Shown: piece by piece, positions 56,593-64,000 of the stretch
Layout: the number at the start of each line of letters is the position of its first letter
Position numbering within the stretch: position 1 is the first letter of the stretch
Source: Eledone cirrhosa
Taxonomy: Eukaryota
DNA: 64,000 nucleotides
NCBI GenBank assembly: GCA_964016885.1
Contig: OZ024741.1
Span: forward strand, 53,816,001-53,880,000
Reading direction: 5' to 3'
Translations under genes and position numbers: made by a program
Notes under the pieces: generated by a model
Told to the model about the DNA's origin: nothing
The model's database searches: none
Seen by the model: only the letters and a program-made list of their open reading frames with translations

Positions 56593-59500
56593 TTACAGAT
56601 ATATACTCAGAGTAGGCCCATTCACTCGGGCCATTCTTGCTTCTCTCACCCATCTTTCAACAAAATGCTGGGAAGAGAGCACTTCCCTCTCTACTCTGAT
56701 TTTCCTTTTCAAATGAAATTTGAAAAAATCAATCAGAGCATCACCGAAGAGGTAAGTGCTCGTCTTCAGCATTTTCAAACGTGTCCACCATACTATCTCT
56801 TTCGCCATGGCCACCCGACAGATAAAAACTGCCTGCCCTTCCCGGCTAAAGGAGGGGGGCGGGGCAATCCTCACGATGGACTCAGATGATAGCCGGATCC
56901 GTCCTAAACGCGACAGCAGGTGTTCGACATAGACCCACAAGTCAGCAATTTTCGGACACTGGACGAGTGCGTGCAGGATGGTTTCGTCGCCCTGCGCGCA
57001 TCTCGGACATGTCCGGCTTACGGCACCTCCATGCCTGTAGAGTTTATCCCGAACTGGCAAGGCTCCTCGGTAGCACTGCCAGGCCAGAGATTTCTGGAAG
57101 TTGTCCATAGGCCCCGGCCCGAAAGATCTTCCGAAGCGATTGGCTAGTTGATTTTCATCGACGCCTAGAGTTTCCCCAAGTACGTCGTCGCTCTTCCCCT
57201 CCACTAACCCTCTATAGAACGCCGAGGTGGAGTTTCCACCGATCACATTGCCCGATTGGTCGAGGGCTGTGAGCGCCTGAAGATATTCCAGTCTCCAGGC
57301 GCTCCCTCTCGGTCTTCGCTTGACCCAGGACTGCAGCTCCGTCAAGGAAACGAGCTGGAGAAATACGTGTCTAGCAAACGGCGACCACACCTGATCACCG
57401 TCGAGGAAGAGGTGGAGATGTCGTAGCCTGAGCACATGCCTGCGCATCATCAGCCACGGCAAGCCCAGCCCTCCACGTAGCGGGTGTTGACAACAGATGG
57501 ACCGCCTGACCATCGGAGCGCGTCCCTTCCACAAAAAGCGAAAGAGCAAACGCTCCAGCGCAGTCAGGCGAGGCTTAGGACAAGGTACGACGGTCAGGCG
57601 GTAGCAGATGACAGACGCGATATACGCGTTAGCCACCTCCGCTCGACCTTTCAGGGATAGCTTCCTCTCCGCCCATTTCTGGGTGAGAGAAGCCACCCTG
57701 CTCGTCACCTCGTCCCAGTTTTTGTCCGTCTGGAGGTCCGGACCGAACCAGACCCCTAGGAATTTAACCGGTCCATCCAACGACGCTGTTGGACGGCATG
57801 GACCTGCCTCTCCAGGTGCCGAGCTGCAGGTCCACTGACTTTTCCTGGTTGATCATTGCTCCTGTCACCGCTTCGTATTCTCTTAGTGTAGTGCCGATCG
57901 CCTCGATGTGTTTGGCGTTCGACACCACTACGGTGACATCGTCCGCCTATGCTGACACGGATCTGCCGCATCCTAGTTCGCGCGGGATGCCCCTCAACGT
58001 CTCCAGTTTGTGCAGTAATGGCTCGAGAGTCAATACGTACAAGAGGGACGAGAGGGGACATCCTTGGCGGACCGAGCGCATGATGTTGAACGGTTCCGAC
58101 AGGTCACCGTTCACTTTCACCACAGAGCAGATGTCGCTGTGCATGGCAGCGATCCAGCCTCTGAAGACGGGCCCAAAGCCAGCCGCCCTCAGGACTGCCA
58201 CTAGGTAACGATGGTCGACCCTATCGAAAGCTTTCGACTGATCTAAATTGATCAAGGACCCACCCGTGCCAGGTTCCCTAGCTACCCTCTCTACGATGTA
58301 TCGCATGAGGTGGAGGTTGTCGTGGATGGATCTGTCGGGAATGGCGCATGTCTGCGCCTCTCCCACCAGACCACCAACGACAAGCGCCAACCTCTTTGCT
58401 AGCACCTTGGCCAAAATCTTGAACTCTGTGTTTAGCAGAGTTATGGGCCGGAAATTATCTATGTTATCCCCCTTGTTCGGATCCTTTCTCAGCAGTGCCA
58501 CTGCTCCTCGGCTCACAGAACTGGGAATTCTCACGTTCTGTTGCCAGTTGCAGTAGACGTCCGCCAAGAGGCCTCCGAACAAATCTGGTATCTGTACGTA
58601 AAGTTCATAGGGCAGACCATCCAAACCAGGCGATTTACCTCTTTTGCAGCCATTCATTGCCTCCCTTACTTCAGCGGCTGTTATCGGCTTTTCGCAACAC
58701 TTCGCCTCAGTGGCCGAGAGCCGCGGCAGTCCGTCGAGGTAGACACTAAAGTCCATCCCTCGACCCGGCCCACCGCTGCCCCCGAACAGCTGAGCGAAGT
58801 GTCGCTGAAAATCTTCACACATTTGCCCGGGATCGAGTAGCATGCGCCCGTCGTCGTCCACCAAAGACCGGATCGTGGCTTTGTTGCCACGACGCGCCTC
58901 CGCCACTTGGGACCATTGAACGGCTTTCGTCCCCTCGTGTCTGAGAGCACGCACCCTTGCTCTGACAACGCAGCCTTCGTGCTTTGCATTGAAGAATTGG
59001 TCAAGGGCCAATTTCGCCGTAAGCACGTCGGTCGCAATGCCTTTGCTAAGCGCCTCGTCTAATTTTCTAACTAGTTCTCCCTCTGCTCTATTTTTCTCTA
59101 ATGCTAAAGCCTTACTAAACCTAATGGATTCTATTCTAATCGCTCTTTTCAGAGCAAACCACCACTTGTTGTTGACGATGGCCCCCGTCAACGCCCACTT
59201 AACTAGTTCGCTAATCCGGTCTCTGTAGGCCTTGCGCGCTGGTAAGGACGCGTTTAGCTTCCAGTAGCCGGGTCCTCGTCTATGAAGCCTATCTAAGTCA
59301 AGCACACAGATTACGAATGTGTGGTGCGTGTAGCTGACTATCTTGAATTGTGGACAGCCTATGCTAGACCTATCTATTTCCCTACAAAATACTCTATCTA
59401 GATATGATCTGGATGACCCTATGCGTTTTGTCCAAGTCCACATTGGCACATTCGGGAAATCCAATCGGTACCTGTCAGACAGTTCAAAACGCCTGAGCAG

Positions 59501-60001
59501 GTTGGTGAGGCTCTTGCACCCTCCACCCCTATCCGCTAATCCCACACAGTCCCAGCGTGCATCTAAGATCCCGTTCCAGTCGCCCACTAACACTAAAGAG
59601 CGGGACGTTCCAAGAAAGGTCTCCAGACGCCGGAAGAAATCAGGCCGCCCTGCTCCTGTCGGGGCATAGACGGCCACTAGCCTGAAAGCTTGCCCGTCTC
59701 CGCTGGTCACGTCCAGCACCACCAGCTTACCCTCTGGGTCCAGGAAGATGTCCCGTATGGCGAGATCCAAACCTCTCCGAAAAAGCACAGCAACTCCTCC
59801 CCCCGATCCAGGACGGCTGGGAGATGCGTACACATCGTAGCCGCCAAAGATCGGTGTGAAGGCCCGTGCTTCGGAGAATCTGGTCTCGCTGATGGCCACT
59901 ACATCTATGTTTAGTGACCTGAGGTCGTTGAGCAGGTGACCCTGCTTCCATGACGACCCCAAGCCACGCGCATTTATGCTGCCTATTCTGAGTGAGGTCA
60001 T
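56593..60001 (-). pseudogene. Tx1 ORF2 (AP endonuclease + RT + C-terminal Cys/His motif)
   Basis: SINARG, ISET, VYAP, GDWN, YLDR, SPGLDG, DQSKAFDRV and RQGCPLS motifs; YADD changed to *ADD at 57947; frameshifting deletion near 57780. Confidence 0.95.
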
Positions 60002-60036
60002 GTTTAAAATAGAGTGGAAAAGATGGGAAAGACCAC

Positions 60037-62147
60037 TTACCGGACTTTTCGTAGAGGAGGGATGGTTTTTACATCCCTTTTCACTTGATCGTCTGGTGAA
60101 GGGACCGTTGAATCGTCCCTTCGGCTGGTCGTCGGCTCTTCTAAGAGAATGTCTGAATATACTCTTCGATTGATAGTTCCTCCTAGGTCCCTGAAATCAC
60201 CAACTGCGTTGGGGAATTTCGTTTTAATATTTGTGTATTGTTTCTGTGCTATTTTTAGCAGTCTTATGTTAGTTGGCGTTTTGATTGGTGCTGGTATTAT
60301 GTAGTCGTGTTGTGAAATGTCTGTGTGTTCAATTATGTAAGTCATTAGTTTCTTGTTGTGTGTATTTATTGCCGTGCATTTGTTTTTCTGGGGGTGGGGT
60401 GTGGTTCTGCTATTTTCTTGTCGTTGTTGCTGGGTGTGTGTGTTTTGTTGTTGTGTTTGCGATGTTGGTGCTTGTGGTGGTGGTGTTGAAGGTGTTGTTG
60501 GCGGTGGGGTTGTCGCCGGTGGTGATGGTGGTGCTAGTGTGGGTGGTGATGGTGTTGGTGGTGTTGCTGCTGTGGGTCTCTTTGCAGTAGACTTTACCCT
60601 TTTCTCATTTCTTTCCTCCCTTTTCAAAGGCGACGATGCGCTGCTTCTGCGTTTGTGCCTCCTTACGACGTTTTGCCATCCCTCTCCAACCTCACACTCC
60701 ATGTCTGATTCTGTGAGGTCGGGGAGGGGTACCAGCTCCACTCTTTCACTTGTTGTTGTTGGTGATGTTTGCACTGGAGTCTCTGTTGCAGCTGCATTTG
60801 GTATTGCTGTTGTTGTTGTTAATATTTCCACTGCTGCTGCTGTTTTTGATTTCCGTGGCGTGGGTATGGGTGCCACGGACATATCGTTCCTGGTTGCCGC
60901 TTGTCCTGTTGCTGGTAGCCGTGGAGCCGGTTTCGGAAGGAGGGGGTTTTCTCCTTTCTCAGGGTCTTCTCGTTGCAGAAGGCCCTGAGGTGAGTCTTCG
61001 ATCCACAGCGAAAGCATTTCGGGCGTTTTCCCTCAACACTTATGGGCAGTTGAGTGCCGTTATCGAAATCTATCACATCCGGGATAGCTTCGATGCACTC
61101 CTGGTTGGTTTGGATTAGCATCTCAATGGAGGTGCCGACCCAATCTTCTCCTACTTTTTTCTGTACTTGCAGTACAGTCGTTTTGTCCTCGATTCCGACG
61201 AGGACAGACGCGGCCAGCCAAGAAGGGGCCATTCCGGGGGGGGGGGGGGGCGTGGGTCAGTTTGACCCTCACAATTTTTTGCCCGCAGTAGGAGGGCTCC
61301 AACACCATTTCCTCGCTCCTTAGGGTCACTACGGATTGGGCCTTTGCCTCCTGGGGTGTGGCAAAAAGTACGTCTACGGTGGCATATTTTTTGCCTCGGG
61401 TGATGTGCGTTTTCCGCTGCCACACAGACCCCAAGGCTTTTTGTATTTGAGCCTCTGTGGCTCTTTCCACCCTACGGGATTTTGTACTTACTGTACGGTA
61501 CGTGACCGTACAGTGCTGTTGGGTTTCGAAAAATTTTTCCGCTGCCTTGCAGATTGCTCGGTGTCCATTCTTTGTCACCATCTTCTTCGCTTCCTCTAAT
61601 TCCTCATTTGTTATGAGGATTGTTTCCAAGTTTTTCGCAATACCTGCAAATGAGATTGTTTTTTCTTTGCTGCTGTTGTTGTTGTTGTCGTCAGAGCTGC
61701 TGTTACTTTTGTTGTTGCTGCAGGTACTACGACTACTGCCTCCGCCGCTGTTGCTGTGGTTGTTGTTGGTGTTGCTGCTGCTAATGCTGTTGTTGTTTAT
61801 GCTGCTGGTGATGCTGTTGCGGCTGCTACTGTTGTTTTCATTGTCACTGTTGCTGTTGTTATTACGGCTGCTACTGCTATTATTCCTGACGTCAGACGAA
61901 TGAACTGGGTTTTCGTATTTCCCGCACACCTGTTTCGTCGCTGTCGTCGTCGTCGTCGTGGAGAAACCTTGCACGCTTTGCACGAGCTTTTCTTTTCTTT
62001 CGTCGCTTGCGAAAGAGAAGGGAGGGAGAGAGACACATTTAAAGAAGGGAGGGAGAGAGACAATCTTCTCTCTGCTGTAGTGATGATTGAGGAAGAAGAA
62101 GACGGAATGAGTGGGAGTGACCTATGAAATTTCTGTTTCGTAGCCAT
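60037..62147 (-). pseudogene. Tx1 ORF1 with zinc knuckle, split over several frames
   Basis: CFRCGSKTHLRAFC (CCHC); frame changes near ~61950, the G-run at ~61240 and ~60950; ends ~35 bp before ORF2. Confidence 0.8.
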
Positions 62148-62740
62148 GTTGTTTTTTTTTTGTTTAAAATAAATATTGGGTACAAAACCCCAATAAGCAG
62201 TTATTTAACCCCGAAGGGCCAAATAACGGGCAGAAAGACCCCTCTCACGAGGAGGAGGGTGTTTTTGTCTACAAGTTCGTTAAAGTTTTAAACAATTTAC
62301 AATTGTTATAGTGTTCAAAATTTACAATACCTTACAGAGCCGAGCCTCCGTCAACCATAGCATTCAATAATAATAATAATAATAATAATAAAACAAAACA
62401 CTTGCGAGTGAGACAATGACAGTTTATGTTTTGTTACTTAGTTTGACGCAAGCGCAAGCATAGCTATGTAGATTTGTCAGGATAATCATTTCCGATGATT
62501 AAGAACTTAGAGATGTCACAGATAATTTTGGAGCTCGTCTTTAATGAGAATGCAATTATTGAATTAGTACTTGTTGAATTGCAAAAACACCCACATGCAT
62601 ATACATGCATTGATATAGTGAGAAAGGAAAATCATGTCTATCTATACCTATTTATCTATCTATCTACCTACCAACCTACCTACCTATCTATCTCTCTCTA
62701 TCTCGCACTCTCTCTCACTTTCTCTCTCTCTCTCTCTCTC

Positions 62741-62782
<42 letters not shown>

Positions 62783-62914
62783 TGTGTGTGCCTGTGTGTA
62801 TGTTCATGTTAAAATAGGCATTCAAAATACCTTAGTACTTAGAACATTCAAACATTAACCGAAGGAGCATTCAATGCATGTAAGGAGATTGTACAATTTA
62901 CTTGTTTCTGGGTA

Positions 62915-62967
<53 letters not shown>

Positions 62968-63019
62968 CGTGTGTGTGTGTGTATGTATGTATGTATGTAT
63001 GTATGTATGTATGTATGTA

Positions 63020-63109
<90 letters not shown>

Positions 63110-63116
<7 letters not shown>

Positions 63117-63450
63117 GGTAAACAGAAATTTAAAAAATAACAAAACAAATGGCCTAGTATTTTGTAAAAATATATTAGTTGATCACTTGAAATAGCAAGA
63201 GAGCCTTACCGTTTCGGACATTAGTAATTTATCAGATGATAGAGTTAGAAATAGAAGATAAAGAGAAAGTAAATAATGATAAGAGAAAGGAACGGAGAAA
63301 TGAGAAAATAATTGGGGAGAAAAAAAGTACGTGCGTATTCAGTCAGCCATATATATTTAACACTGCAAACCATACAGTACCATGTAGATATATATTAGTT
63401 TAACGCTTCATATAGTAGGAAAAGGGTAATAATATTTCGGACGATGACTA
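63110..63450 (-). mobile_element. Family A repeat with decayed hammerhead, plus a second partial tandem copy
   Basis: Minus strand CTGATAA...GTCCGAAACGGTA; shares GTATTCAGTCAG with ~2720; 63385-63445 repeats the unit. Confidence 0.6.
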
Positions 63451-64000
63451 AGGGCATGTATATGTATACATGTATTCGCACATACATACACGTACAAGCA
63501 TCTAAATGTGCAGATGCAGTGGAGGGGGAGCAAGTGGTGTAGGTAGTGTTTGAATAATCGTAGATGCTGATGCATGAGTATATCATGTAACGGCATGTGT
63601 GTGCGTGTACATGCTTGTTGTGTGCATGGAAGGATAAATATTGTCCATGGTGGGATCGATGGGTCCAGCACGGTAGACATGCATGTGCGTGTGTAGAAAT
63701 TTGAAGTTTAAGTGAATGCAGAAGTATATACATGTTAGTTGTTATATCCAAGTGTAGTGAATATGTGTGTATTGGAATGCTGGTTAGAGACTTGTGTGTG
63801 TATACATGTGAATATATATAAATATATGAGTGTGTGTGTGCACGTGTGCGTATGTGCGCGTGCGCGTGTGTGTATGCATGCGTGTGTTTGTGTGTGCGTG
63901 CGTGTGTTTGTGTGTGAGCAAGAATAAAGGTAGGTTATAGAAACTGTGGAGAAGAGTTAAAGCCAATTGGGAAAGTTCTGATCGTTCCCGGTAGCAGTGA

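Larger units (their letters stand above)
56345..62365 (-). mobile_element. Full-length Tx1-like (L1-clade) LINE, inactivated
   Basis: 5'UTR, ORF1, ORF2 and 3'UTR with AATAAAGAAAT; (AAT)n on both sides. Confidence 0.95.

Noticed and set aside
58248-60988. + strand ORFs overlapping the Tx1 element (and - strand ORFs over R4)
   Set aside because: They are antisense shadows of real coding frames

Overview
Eukaryotic, extremely microsatellite-rich, apparently gene-free DNA. The SINE families and (TA)n/(CA)n/(GA)n density suggest an octopod cephalopod (inference). No host protein-coding gene is supported; most ORFs in the track are microsatellite read-throughs. The real coding signal is transposon-derived: Tx1/L1-clade LINEs, R4/Dong-like restriction-like-endonuclease retrotransposons, RTE fragments, Penelope-like RT and GIY-YIG remnants, a Helitron helicase end and a Sola2-like transposase. 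Two higher-order structures stand out. (1) At least four apparently unrelated non-coding fold-back elements sit in (TA)n. Each has inverted arms carrying a type I hammerhead ribozyme motif and a one-sided tail; further solo hammerhead units occur elsewhere. (2) A ~17 kb nest (45.7-62.4 kb) joins SINEs, Tx1 and R4 elements through (AAT)n with strand-specific orientation, and the SINE 3' end resembles the Tx1 3' end. All alignments, identities and RNA folds were judged by eye, so boundaries are approximate.
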